Below are positions 10,019 to 19,685 of a DNA stretch of 64,000 nucleotides, in pieces. Below the pieces are notes generated by a model. That model was not told the DNA's origin. It saw nothing but the letters and a program-made list of their open reading frames with translations, and did no database searches. Both the position numbers and the translations under genes were made by a program. Numbering within the stretch: the first letter of the stretch is position 1; each line of letters begins with the position of its first letter. Source of the DNA: Oscillospiraceae bacterium (lineage in GTDB: Bacteria; Bacillota_I; Bacilli_A; RF39; UBA660). The stretch covers positions 20,216 to 84,215 of the forward strand of contig CAVGWA010000001.1 of NCBI GenBank assembly GCA_963632935.1, read 5' to 3'.

Positions 10019-10330
10019 CTATATTTCATAAAAATTATGATAAATTTTTTCGTCTTCATCCCATATTTCATCTGTTATGTCATATGGAATATTATTTTTT
10101 GTTAACAATTCTTCAATAGCCTGTTCTAATACAATATCTTTTTTTTCTGTTATAAGTTCTATTTCAAAAGAAGAAGGCCTATAATATACCTTACCATCAG
10201 CTTTAAATGTTTCTGTACTGGATTCTCTATAGACAACAAAAGGTGGAGTTACATTCTGTTGTACATTAAAGTGATCATAAGCTACTGGTATATTCAATTC
10301 ATTCAATAATTCATATATTTTTTTATGCAT
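10019..10330 (-). CDS. hypothetical tail-completion / neck protein.
   Basis: Gene order only. Confidence 0.3.
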   Translation of the reverse strand: MHKKIYELLNELNIPVAYDHFNVQQNVTPPFVVYRESSTETFKADGKVYYRPSSFEIELITEKKDIVLEQAIEELLTKNNIPYDITDEIWDEDEKIYHNFYEI

Positions 10331-10331
10331 A

Positions 10332-10718
10332 TTAACTCTTCTTTCTTATACCATTTTCTACATTTTTCACATATTCAGATATACATTGTTCTGCGACAGG
10401 TGCAATATGTACAATTGGCTTAGTCTTACCACCATTTCTTGTAACGTGTCCATTTTCAAGCAAGTGGGTTAATTGCCAGTCAGTTTTATTATGAATAGTG
10501 CAATAGATTTCACCTTTGCCAACTTCTTTTTTTATTCTCCAACCTTTAGCATATCTTCCACGATTTTTTGTTGCTCTTTTATTCTTTGGTGAAGTTGCTT
10601 TTAGTGTCTTAACACCCTCTTTTGCAATCTTTATTGTTTCCTCTTCAATTAGTGCTTGAATATCATCACAATAACCAGCAAGAATATCATTTATATCTAA
10701 AATAGAAGAGTTAGCCAT
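10332..10718 (-). CDS. HK97 gp10-like head-tail joining protein.
   Basis: Size (128 aa) and position in the head-tail connector cluster. Confidence 0.35.
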   Translation of the reverse strand: MANSSILDINDILAGYCDDIQALIEEETIKIAKEGVKTLKATSPKNKRATKNRGRYAKGWRIKKEVGKGEIYCTIHNKTDWQLTHLLENGHVTRNGGKTKPIVHIAPVAEQCISEYVKNVENGIRKKS

Positions 10719-11025
10719 TTATACCAATCTTTCTAGAGCATACTAAAACAATATCAAACTTGTTTTTAGGTTCTACTGTCCTAATAACCTGATATCGTTC
10801 ATTATTCCACTCTAATTCAAATTCACCATTGTAATTTAGTCTCTTAAGAACAAACTCACAATTTGGTGTTAATCCAACTTCTATTGCACTATAGTATTCT
10901 CCAGTTTTTACACTTTGTTTTTTAGCAAAACACTTTTGTTTGGTTTCAGAAGTGGGAAGATAATTGCCAATATCATCCTGCTTCTTAACTTGATTTATTA
11001 AATAAATGATTTCACTATATTCCAT
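10711..11025 (-). CDS. phage head closure / head-tail adaptor protein.
   Basis: Gene order. 104 aa. Confidence 0.35.
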   Translation of the reverse strand: MEYSEIIYLINQVKKQDDIGNYLPTSETKQKCFAKKQSVKTGEYYSAIEVGLTPNCEFVLKRLNYNGEFELEWNNERYQVIRTVEPKNKFDIVLVCSRKIGING

Positions 11026-11029
11026 ATAA

Positions 11030-11299
11030 TTATTTCTCTGTTATATACTCTTTAGTGTGTCTTAGCACATCTTTTTGAAGTGCGTAACTATTGGAATATA
11101 AATCAGCGTTTGCTACATCTAATAAACTTAAAACATAAGTAATTATTGCGGTATTTATCAAACTATCAGAATTATTAATAAAAGTATCGACTATGCCGAT
11201 ACTTTTAAGGTCTAACTTAGCTGAATCAATCCAATTTTGAATAACTGAATCAAATTCAGTATGATTTATACCTTGTATTTTTTTTATTTCATCTAGCAT
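11030..11299 (-). CDS. gp6-like head-tail connector protein.
   Basis: 89 aa ORF directly downstream of the major capsid gene. Confidence 0.35.
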   Translation of the reverse strand: MLDEIKKIQGINHTEFDSVIQNWIDSAKLDLKSIGIVDTFINNSDSLINTAIITYVLSLLDVANADLYSNSYALQKDVLRHTKEYITEK

Positions 11300-11316
11300 A
11301 GTCTTCCTCTTTTCTA

Positions 11317-12594
11317 TTAAACGGTTAATTCAGGTTTAGCCACTAATGTAAATGCTTTATCAGCAACAATACCTACACCAACATATTGACGACCTAAAAT
11401 TTCAACTAAATCCTCTTTCTTACGAGTTAATTCATCAAATTTAATATTAACTTCATCGCCATTAGGGAAGTTTGCGGCTGCACCTTGACCATAGTCACCA
11501 ACTATCATATAAACATCTCCTGAACTAGCTGTTTCATATGATGGTAATGTATTATTAAATTTAACATCAAAGCCCTCAAAAATATCTACGCCATAGTTGT
11601 TAGCATATTGTACTTCTTTAAACTTAGCATAAGTTAATTTATTCATTGTTATTACTGGGTTTGAAGCTTCATCACTTAAATTAGCAAATGCAGTAGCAAT
11701 AGTTGATGCTTTTGGTTCAATTGCTATTTTAACAGCACTTGGGCTTGTTTTTGTTGCAGTTTGTGGTAATGCAGCAATCTTAGCAATTAATACATTAGTT
11801 GCTTTTTTAACAATTCTATAAGTTAATTGATTATAAATATAGCTTAAGAATTTTTCACCTCTTAAATCCATTACTTCATCAGATATTGAAATCCATTCTT
11901 TGATAGATGCTGGACTAATTGTTGCAATACCTTCCTTAAGGTCTTCTTCATCTACAGCACCACTACCTTCAGTATGAACTACAGCATCGCTTCCACTTAT
12001 TTCAAACTGAATTTTTAAATTTCCTTTGAGTTCTGTTTTAGTAACTAATGACATAATATCAGATTTTTCCCACGCAGTTTTTACCTCATCTAAGACAAAA
12101 TCTGGTACAGCAATAGTTCCATCAGTGGCGTTTTCAGATAAAAGTGTTCTTACCTCCTCATCTTTACCAGTTTTTATATATTCTGCATAAGCATCAATAT
12201 ATTTTTTTGAATTTCTTACTTCTTTTAATTTTTCATTATTCATTTTTCTTTCCTCTTTTCTAATCTCTTTTATTACAGATTCTTGTTTTTTCATTTCATC
12301 TGCAATTGTTTTATTTTTTTCTTGGCTCTCAATTTGAGTTTCTTCTTCATTTAATGCATCTACTTCTTTTTCTTTTTCATTTAATTCTTCAATATTTGAT
12401 GCATTTTGAATTTCATTACGAAGTTCAACTTTACGAGCTTCAATTTCTTCTTTTCTTGTCATTATTGACCTCCTATTCCTTTTGAACTCTTTAGGGCTGT
12501 ATCTTTCCCACTCGGCTCTCCAGCCTTTATTAAAACGACTTAGTTGATATCCACCAACAAAAAAAGAACTCTCCAGTTCTTCTTTCATCATCAT
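11317..12594 (-). CDS. phage major capsid protein (HK97 fold, with N-terminal coiled-coil delta domain).
   Basis: 425 aa. N-terminal E/K-rich coiled coil followed by a capsid-like C-terminal body. Lies downstream of the prohead protease. Confidence 0.8.
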   Translation of the reverse strand: MMMKEELESSFFVGGYQLSRFNKGWRAEWERYSPKEFKRNRRSIMTRKEEIEARKVELRNEIQNASNIEELNEKEKEVDALNEEETQIESQEKNKTIADEMKKQESVIKEIRKEERKMNNEKLKEVRNSKKYIDAYAEYIKTGKDEEVRTLLSENATDGTIAVPDFVLDEVKTAWEKSDIMSLVTKTELKGNLKIQFEISGSDAVVHTEGSGAVDEEDLKEGIATISPASIKEWISISDEVMDLRGEKFLSYIYNQLTYRIVKKATNVLIAKIAALPQTATKTSPSAVKIAIEPKASTIATAFANLSDEASNPVITMNKLTYAKFKEVQYANNYGVDIFEGFDVKFNNTLPSYETASSGDVYMIVGDYGQGAAANFPNGDEVNIKFDELTRKKEDLVEILGRQYVGVGIVADKAFTLVAKPELTV

Positions 12595-12595
12595 A

Positions 12596-13183
12596 TTAAC
12601 CTAATTTAGTAATTAGTTTATTCTTTGCCTCTTCCAAGGCTTTGTTTTCTTCATATTGTTTTCTTAATTCTGCTCTTCTTTCTAAAAAGTCATCATTCTT
12701 ACTTGCAATACTTACATCAGTTGCATTATAAAATGGTTGATCTACAACTGACACATCAAACAACTTACCAATTTTAGTTATTGTTCTAGTATCTGTTTCA
12801 TAATCATACTCATCTTCTTCTACCGTGAATGCAAATGATTGTTTATCTATTAATCCTGTTTTTATTGCATTAAATATATTTTTATGTTCTGTTATATCAT
12901 CTTGCAAAACAGCATCCATAAATAAACCTTTTTCATCTTTAGCAAGTTTTAATGAACCATTTCTTGTTCTTGCAAGAACCATAAACGAATCATTATGATT
13001 GTATCTTAATACTACATCATCTATCTTAGCATTATCTAATGCACTCTTTGATATAATTTCAGTATATTCGTAAGTTTCAGGGCTATTAAAAACTACTGCA
13101 TAACCTTTTATTTCCATCTTTTCTTCTTCAGTAGTTTCTGCCCTAAATTGCATATCTAATTTTCTTATTTCTTTCTCTTTCAT
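12596..13183 (-). CDS. phage prohead serine protease (HK97 family, S78).
   Basis: IKGYAVVFNSPE...SFMVLARTRNGSLKL block typical of Caudovirus prohead proteases. Confidence 0.75.
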   Translation of the reverse strand: MKEKEIRKLDMQFRAETTEEEKMEIKGYAVVFNSPETYEYTEIISKSALDNAKIDDVVLRYNHNDSFMVLARTRNGSLKLAKDEKGLFMDAVLQDDITEHKNIFNAIKTGLIDKQSFAFTVEEDEYDYETDTRTITKIGKLFDVSVVDQPFYNATDVSIASKNDDFLERRAELRKQYEENKALEEAKNKLITKLG

Positions 13184-13226
13184 TTTTACACACCTTTCTT
13201 AAAAATAAAAACACCCTTTTGAGTGC

Positions 13227-13460
13227 TTATTCATCTTCTTCTATTCCCGTAATTTCTTCTAAATCATCACATAATTCAAAACCATATTTATAAATATCAT
13301 CCGTATCAGTAATGTTATTATCAACTATATAGTCATACATTTTTTGTATATCTTCTTCTGTATCTAGTAATCCCATAACTCCTGAAATATCATTTTCTTC
13401 ATGGTCAAATATATATTCTTCTTTTAATTTTTTTCTTAATTTTTCTTCGATTTCACTCAT
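13227..13460 (-). CDS. small acidic hypothetical phage protein.
   Basis: ORF between portal and protease. D/E-rich. Confidence 0.3.
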   Translation of the reverse strand: MSEIEEKLRKKLKEEYIFDHEENDISGVMGLLDTEEDIQKMYDYIVDNNITDTDDIYKYGFELCDDLEEITGIEEDE

Positions 13461-14947
13461 TTTTTATATTTCCTCCTGTCAATAATATTATAATCATTAT
13501 AGCCATTATACTCAAAAAAATACAAATTGTCATCTATGATTTGAGAATTAATTTTATTTTTAGACCATTTTTTTGGATGTGAATCAATTAAATGTGCCAG
13601 TCTTCCATATTCCTTTTTACTTATTTTACACGATGCATTGCCACTAGAAGTAAATTTTCCATGCTTATCATGATATGGATTACCTTTAGATTCACTACTT
13701 TTAGATTCACTACTTTTTATATTATCTTGGTTATCACCATTACCACTCTGATTATTGCTACTGTTGCCTTGATAATCATTGGCTATATCACTATCAATAT
13801 GATTCAAATCTTGCATTATCTTGTCACCATCGGCACGAGGTGGTAGATTAAATACTTCTCTTAATTCATTGATAGTCATTATATTATTTGCATATCTTAA
13901 TAAATTGATTTTGGTATTATTAGATACATATTGAAGTCTATTACTTTCAAATACTATTTCATTACCAAAATATTTCTCAGTTGGAGTAAATATTTTATTA
14001 GTAAATTCTAAGCTCATCTGTAAACCTATCGGTTCTAATACTGATTCATAAAATGCATTCCATTCGTCTTCTGAATATTTAGATTGAATAATATTCTCAT
14101 TTATTCCATAATAAGAAAGTATCTTATTATCAATGCTTTTAATTTGATTATCATCTGCAGTTTTAGGTTCAATTTTAACAGGTGTAAAATCTGTAGTAGC
14201 ATCTAATCCTCCGATGCCACTTTCGTCTGCATTTTCAATGAAGTCTTCAACAAATTGATCACGCATTTTTTTTACATCTTCTGGTTTTAACATGGCTTTA
14301 GTTGATTTAATAATACCTTTAATAGATTGAGTGGTTTTTATTGCATTAACTATACCTTCATCTAGTATATGTTTAATTGATAAGGTTTTAGTTATTGGCA
14401 GAGTCGAACCCCCAGTTATTCCGCTTTCTGTTATAAAGCGTGTTAAATGAATACAACTATCATATGGTACAAATCGTTCTTTAGAATAGCCAAATCTAAA
14501 CTTTACCCATATTTTGTTTTCATATTCATATAATTTGCCATCACTAAAATCAAGTGGATATAATCCTGTTACTTTTAAATTTTCATCTCTTTGAATATAA
14601 ATGAAACTATCATTATACAAATATAAATTGTAAATAATTGTATAATAAAAACGAAAAGCGTTTTGCAATTCATTTGGTTGTTTTGATAATAAATTATATA
14701 AGTTATCATTAAGACTTTCAAATTTATTGGCAAAGTTTCTAATGTGTTGTGGATGCATTTTTGCACCATTTCTAGCTATAGCATCTATGCATGCTCTTAC
14801 ATTTATATCGTTTTTAAAATCTCCATTATATTTGGTAAAGACTGCTCTTGTACCATCTAAAATAGTAAACTCACTTGCTTTTTGTGGGATTGGGCTACTT
14901 TGATTATTTCCAAATATCTTACTAAATAAACTTCTTTTTGCCATCAC
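13457..14947 (-). CDS. phage portal protein (HK97 family).
   Basis: 496 aa, directly downstream of and overlapping the terminase large subunit. Typical size and order. Confidence 0.75.
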   Translation of the reverse strand: MMAKRSLFSKIFGNNQSSPIPQKASEFTILDGTRAVFTKYNGDFKNDINVRACIDAIARNGAKMHPQHIRNFANKFESLNDNLYNLLSKQPNELQNAFRFYYTIIYNLYLYNDSFIYIQRDENLKVTGLYPLDFSDGKLYEYENKIWVKFRFGYSKERFVPYDSCIHLTRFITESGITGGSTLPITKTLSIKHILDEGIVNAIKTTQSIKGIIKSTKAMLKPEDVKKMRDQFVEDFIENADESGIGGLDATTDFTPVKIEPKTADDNQIKSIDNKILSYYGINENIIQSKYSEDEWNAFYESVLEPIGLQMSLEFTNKIFTPTEKYFGNEIVFESNRLQYVSNNTKINLLRYANNIMTINELREVFNLPPRADGDKIMQDLNHIDSDIANDYQGNSSNNQSGNGDNQDNIKSSESKSSESKGNPYHDKHGKFTSSGNASCKISKKEYGRLAHLIDSHPKKWSKNKINSQIIDDNLYFFEYNGYNDYNIIDRRKYKK

Positions 14948-16629
14948 TTTACCTCCTCACCAATATAATCCAAATATTCTTGCTTTTTATTAACATAAAT
15001 AACATAAGCATCCATTAAACTTGCTGCACCATCTATTCTCTGCCTTGCTTTTTCTTTTGATAACATAATATTTTCATTATCATCTATTTTTACTACAACG
15101 TTTGATAGATTCCATTTTAATATTGGATTATTATTGTAATTTATTTTTTTATCTATTAAATCAGCTTTCATTTGTTTTAATGGTGCAGACTCAGTTTTAT
15201 AACCTTGTCTTACTTCCACCAAATCAAATCCTTCTGCTTTCATTTCATCACACCAAAATTGAGCATTCCAACTATCATACCCTACCCAAAGTGGTCTTAA
15301 ATCGAATTCTTGAACCTGCTGTTTAAACCAGGTGGTAATATCATGATAATCAATTTTTGATTCACCACTTAATCTAAGATATCCTAATTTTAACCATTTA
15401 TCATAGGGTATCTTATCTTCAGTTACCTTTTTTTCTAAGAAATTTGTAGGAATCCAATACATCTGTTTCACTCTTATTTTTCCTTTAACTACGCCTAAAA
15501 GTGTAGCACAAGTTAAATCTGTAGTAGATGATAAATCACATCCTCCAATGCAGTAAGAGTCTTTCCAACCAGAATATATTTCTTCATTGTTTAAATCATC
15601 AAATGTTAACCAAGCGTTTATTGAATTTTGTCTAACATTAAAATCTTTACAAAGTAAATTAACTAATTCAATAGGATTGGCTTTAGCTCTTTGAACTTTT
15701 TCTCTTAACGCCTTGATTGATTTAATTTTTCCAAGTGATGGATTAGCTTTATACCACGCTTCTTCATTAACCCATTCTTTTTCGTCATCAAGTTCATAAA
15801 TAATCGGCAATAATACTTCATCTTGTATTGTTCCATTAATAACTTGAGATGCATAATCATACTCAATATCAAATACGTTCTGCCTTATAGTTCCCATCGT
15901 GCTTGTTTCAAGTAATAAAGGTTGCTGTCTTGCACTCATTGAATCATACATTACATCAAGTAGATTTTTATCTTTCCAAGCATGAACCTCATCAGCAATT
16001 ACCAAATGACTATTTAATCCATCAAGTGAATTAGAATCACTTGCAAGTGCTCTAAATGTAGAATCGGTTGCATCATAATATATTCCACCAATCAAACATC
16101 TAATTCTTTTTGCTAAGGCAGGCGACTTTTTTATCATTTTTTTTGATTCTTCCCAAACAATTTTAGATTGATCACGTTTTGTGGCAACCGAATATATCTC
16201 TGCTCCACCCTCGCCATCTTTTGTAAGCATAAAATTAGCTATTGCAGAATCTAAAACTGACTTACCATTTTTTCTTGCTACAAATAGTATTGCCTTTTTA
16301 TATCTTCTAAAGCCTGTATCTTTATCTACAAATCCAAATAACGCTTGCAAAAAAGCTTTTTGAAACAATTCTAACTTCAATTTCTGACCATTCCATTGTC
16401 CTTTTGATTGCCTACAATATTTTTCAATAAAATGAATACACCTCAAACTTTTTTTCTCATCAAAAATATATGTATGGTTTTCAGTCTCTCCAGTTGATTG
16501 ATTAATAAAAGACACCTTTTTTGGTGTCTTAATATCATCAACTAATTTTTTATATATAGTCTTTACTTTTTGACATACTTTATTTGGATTATTATTAATC
16601 CAGTTATAATACTCTTCTATATATGTCAT
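14944..16629 (-). CDS. phage terminase large subunit.
   Basis: 561 aa. Walker A-like VARKNGKS. C-terminal nuclease-like region. Overlaps the small subunit and portal genes. Confidence 0.85.
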   Translation of the reverse strand: MTYIEEYYNWINNNPNKVCQKVKTIYKKLVDDIKTPKKVSFINQSTGETENHTYIFDEKKSLRCIHFIEKYCRQSKGQWNGQKLKLELFQKAFLQALFGFVDKDTGFRRYKKAILFVARKNGKSVLDSAIANFMLTKDGEGGAEIYSVATKRDQSKIVWEESKKMIKKSPALAKRIRCLIGGIYYDATDSTFRALASDSNSLDGLNSHLVIADEVHAWKDKNLLDVMYDSMSARQQPLLLETSTMGTIRQNVFDIEYDYASQVINGTIQDEVLLPIIYELDDEKEWVNEEAWYKANPSLGKIKSIKALREKVQRAKANPIELVNLLCKDFNVRQNSINAWLTFDDLNNEEIYSGWKDSYCIGGCDLSSTTDLTCATLLGVVKGKIRVKQMYWIPTNFLEKKVTEDKIPYDKWLKLGYLRLSGESKIDYHDITTWFKQQVQEFDLRPLWVGYDSWNAQFWCDEMKAEGFDLVEVRQGYKTESAPLKQMKADLIDKKINYNNNPILKWNLSNVVVKIDDNENIMLSKEKARQRIDGAASLMDAYVIYVNKKQEYLDYIGEEVK

Positions 16630-16952
16630 AATTCATCATTATCAAAATCGTCAAAACCATCTATATCTTCTTTTGGTAAGAGTTCATTTATTTGCTTAAC
16701 TGTTGATTGATAATTTTTAATCATAGCATTATATTGATTCAATGCTGGATTAGCCCTCTCTATACTATACTTACCTTGTGACATCTCCGTTACTACACCT
16801 TTTTCTTGAAGTTCCTTTTTTAATTTAGTTAAAGTTTTTTTCATGAATTCTAATTCTTTAATTAATGTAAGTCCAAGCATTCCCTTTTCACTTCTCATTT
16901 CATTAAAGATTTTTTTCAAATTCTTAAAACTAATTGGTTTGATTTTATCCAT
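16626..16952 (-). CDS. phage terminase small subunit (P27-like). Start probably at MDKIKPISFK; the listed ORF extends to 17000.
   Basis: Position immediately upstream of TerL, overlapping its start. Size ~110 aa. Confidence 0.45.
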   Translation of the reverse strand: MDKIKPISFKNLKKIFNEMRSEKGMLGLTLIKELEFMKKTLTKLKKELQEKGVVTEMSQGKYSIERANPALNQYNAMIKNYQSTVKQINELLPKEDIDGFDDFDNDEL

Positions 16953-17064
16953 TTTATCACCTTTTTCTCGAAATAGGGGGGGATATGCACAAATCTGCAC
17001 ATTTTTTGAAGGCTCTCGCTTCGGTTTCTCTTAAAGCCCATTTAAAAACCCCACTAGGGGGGAT

Positions 17065-17406
17065 TCAAACTCTTTGAACTAGGTTTCCATTTTCATCAAA
17101 TGTATAATTTTTTCTAGTTGATACATCTTGATGATGTTCTAACTCATGACATTCCTTACACAGACCCTCTAAGTTTTCTTCACTTAAAGTAATACTGTCA
17201 TCATAGACATTAGAATTATCTAAGTACTCTCTGTGATGTACTATTCCTATTCTTCTCTTGTCTTTTGGAAGCCATTCACTTAAACCATCAACATACACTG
17301 GCTTATGACATCTATTACATAATAGATTTTGTTTTATCCAGATATTTTTTCTAACTTTCTTCCACGATTTTGAATTATAGAAGTTTTTTCTTATTCCATA
17401 ACTCAT
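17065..17406 (-). CDS. HNH homing endonuclease (packaging-associated).
   Basis: CNRCHKPVYV...HHREYL...CKECHELEHH HNH motif. Adjacent to terminase as in cos-type phages. Confidence 0.75.
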   Translation of the reverse strand: MSYGIRKNFYNSKSWKKVRKNIWIKQNLLCNRCHKPVYVDGLSEWLPKDKRRIGIVHHREYLDNSNVYDDSITLSEENLEGLCKECHELEHHQDVSTRKNYTFDENGNLVQRV

Positions 17407-17690
17407 TTTGTTTTCTTATTAGATGTTTTTGTTTTCTGCAATGCAGTTTCAGCATCAGGTTCTAACTTAGCATTTTCTACCTTTTCTGTTTGTTCTTGTT
17501 CTTCTTGTTGTTCTTGTTGTTCTTGTTCTTCTTGTTGTTCAATAACTTCACATACTCCTGCCTTTACTAATTCAATAGCTCTTTCTTTAGTTACTATTCT
17601 TTCATAATTAGCATCCTCTGGGTTGTTAGTTATTCTTTCATTAATTTCTGAATCAATATATGTTTGTATACATCTTACTTTTGTTTCCAT
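17403..17690 (-). CDS. hypothetical phage protein with EQEQQEQQEEQEQ low-complexity tract.
   Basis: ORF with a GAACAA nucleotide repeat at 17480-17540. Confidence 0.3.
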   Translation of the reverse strand: METKVRCIQTYIDSEINERITNNPEDANYERIVTKERAIELVKAGVCEVIEQQEEQEQQEQQEEQEQTEKVENAKLEPDAETALQKTKTSNKKTK

Positions 17691-17886
17691 TTTATTTTTC
17701 CTCCTTTATAGTATTAATCTATCTATATCCTCTTGAGTAGCCTTTCTTACAGCACTATCTGAGGTAGATTCTATACTAGATAATAATATGTTTAATAAAC
17801 TTACAAATGACATTTCTTTCATATCACTCATACTTATATTAAGTCTTTTAGCAAGTGCCAACACTTGATATTCATCTATTGGCTCA

Positions 17887-18249
17887 TCACTTTGCGATTG
17901 ATTGGGGATTTCCTTGATTTCCCCCTGATATGGGAGTTAATGCTAATTCTATTACATCATTAACCCAATCCATGCTGTCAAATAGTGTTTCTATATTTTT
18001 CAGAAAATCATCAAAAGAACCAACTTGTGAAGCATCAGATTCAACTATCATTACATAAGTTATTTGTAATAATATTTTTAGAAAGTCATCTAATATATTT
18101 AAAGTATCATCTTTATTAACTTTTAATTCTTTTATACTATCTATATCTTGCATCAATTTTCTACCAGTCATATCACGATATTTAAATTGTGTTAATGCAC
18201 TTGATTGCATTGTGTAGGATTTCCCTCCAAGATTAATTATTTTTTTCAT
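17887..18249 (-). CDS. hypothetical phage protein (possible late-gene regulator by position).
   Basis: Strong RBS GGAGGATTAAAATG. Lies at the head of the HNH/terminase operon, downstream of iteron-like repeats. Confidence 0.3.
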   Translation of the reverse strand: MKKIINLGGKSYTMQSSALTQFKYRDMTGRKLMQDIDSIKELKVNKDDTLNILDDFLKILLQITYVMIVESDASQVGSFDDFLKNIETLFDSMDWVNDVIELALTPISGGNQGNPQSIAK

Positions 18250-18261
18250 TTTAATCCTCCA

Positions 18262-18358
18262 ACTTGTTTTTTTAATTTAAGTATTTTTCTACTTTATCAT
18301 TCTATCACAAGAAAACTATCATTTTTTATCATTTTCTATCATTTTCTATCATCTTTCA
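18262..18358. repeat. six to seven direct iterons of TATCATTTTC-like 10-mers.
   Basis: Sequence ctttatcattc/tatcacaag/ctatcattttt/tatcattttc/tatcattttc/tatcatctttc seen directly. Confidence 0.6.
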
Positions 18359-18799
18359 TTTTTTTGTGTTTTTTGCTTGCAAAGTATTTCTTATTTCATT
18401 AAGCATTCTATATACTTGAGCATCCTCATATGGCATTATATTTATTATTTTTTTAACCTTGTATTTTTCTAAATATTTATATACATATATTTTGTCTATC
18501 CATTCGCTGCTATTTCTTAATTCAATTTCCTTTTTATCTAATAATGCTTTTCTATCATTCATTAGTGTTTGAATTTCTTTTAATCTTTTATCTATTTGTT
18601 TTTCTTCTTTCAAAATTAAATAATCATTTATTAAATTGTTTTTCTTACCACCGTCGATAGATATTTTATTTAGATTTAAGGATTTAGGTTGAGTTTTAGC
18701 AAACAATCTTTCTTGTTCTTCAAGTATTCCAATATATATATTTTGTAAGTCATTATATTTTTTCTTACATTCTTCATATGCAATATAAATATCGTTCAT
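18356..18799 (-). CDS. hypothetical coiled-coil phage protein.
   Basis: ORF only. Confidence 0.3.
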   Translation of the reverse strand: MNDIYIAYEECKKKYNDLQNIYIGILEEQERLFAKTQPKSLNLNKISIDGGKKNNLINDYLILKEEKQIDKRLKEIQTLMNDRKALLDKKEIELRNSSEWIDKIYVYKYLEKYKVKKIINIMPYEDAQVYRMLNEIRNTLQAKNTKK

Positions 18800-18972
18800 A
18801 TATGCACCCTCTTTTCTTAATTATCCTTCTTATAAAATGTTCTATAATCCCTTAAACTCGAACATTTTTATATAGCAATTTTTAATCTATATTTTTGTCT
18901 TATTTTATAAGTGTAAAAGTTATTTTTCCACATTATATTTTTTGAAAAACGTTACCGTAGATACTAAACACG

Positions 18973-19650
18973 TTAATTCCGTAATTTTTTAGGTTTTTGA
19001 TGACCGATGAAGATAGCCTCACGATCTGCCTCTGCATCATCAATTCCCCAGTGCACGTAACGCATCGTGTAGTTGTAATCATCGTGATTATACATCTTCA
19101 TAAGTGTTTCAGGTTTACCACCATGAAGAATATACATATAGCCAAATGTTTTACGCAGACTATGTAATCCAAACTTAAAATCCATATTCACTGCATTTCC
19201 AGCTTTTTGAATAACTCTGCGTGCTTGTTGCTGAGTTATTGGAAGTATTACATTAGTTGTCTTTCCTTTGTACGTATTTATCGTTTTTTGTCCCATAAAT
19301 AGATAATCATTTGGCTTTAAATCAAACTCCTTGATATATTTAAGTACTTCATCGTGAAACTGCTTATTCATTCTGAAATTCTGCATCTTACCAGTTTTTA
19401 ACTCCTTAATTGATACATAACCTTTTTCTAATTGAAACACCTTTAATTGAAGCAAATTTTCAGCTCTAAACGCAGTATTGAATCCAATTAAACAGATCAT
19501 ATAATTACGATATGCTTGATAATACTTAATTTTTGACTTGGCATGCTCAACTTTAGACCACAGATTATCCATTAAAGCCTGCAGCTGTTTCTCGTCTTTA
19601 ATTGGTAAGGTTTCCTGTTGTCCTCCAAACAAAGCTATTCTTCTACCCAT
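18973..19650 (-). CDS. small tyrosine recombinase (225 aa, catalytic domain only, FimB/FimE-sized) with its own AGGAGG RBS.
   Basis: Conserved R (TAFRAENL), HSLRKTFG (H-x-x-R) and a C-terminal Y (TMRYVHW). GC content is visibly higher than that of flanking phage DNA. Confidence 0.7.
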   Translation of the reverse strand: MGRRIALFGGQQETLPIKDEKQLQALMDNLWSKVEHAKSKIKYYQAYRNYMICLIGFNTAFRAENLLQLKVFQLEKGYVSIKELKTGKMQNFRMNKQFHDEVLKYIKEFDLKPNDYLFMGQKTINTYKGKTTNVILPITQQQARRVIQKAGNAVNMDFKFGLHSLRKTFGYMYILHGGKPETLMKMYNHDDYNYTMRYVHWGIDDAEADREAIFIGHQKPKKLRN

Positions 19651-19685
19651 ATTATCCTCCTATTTATATTTTTCTACTTTACCAC

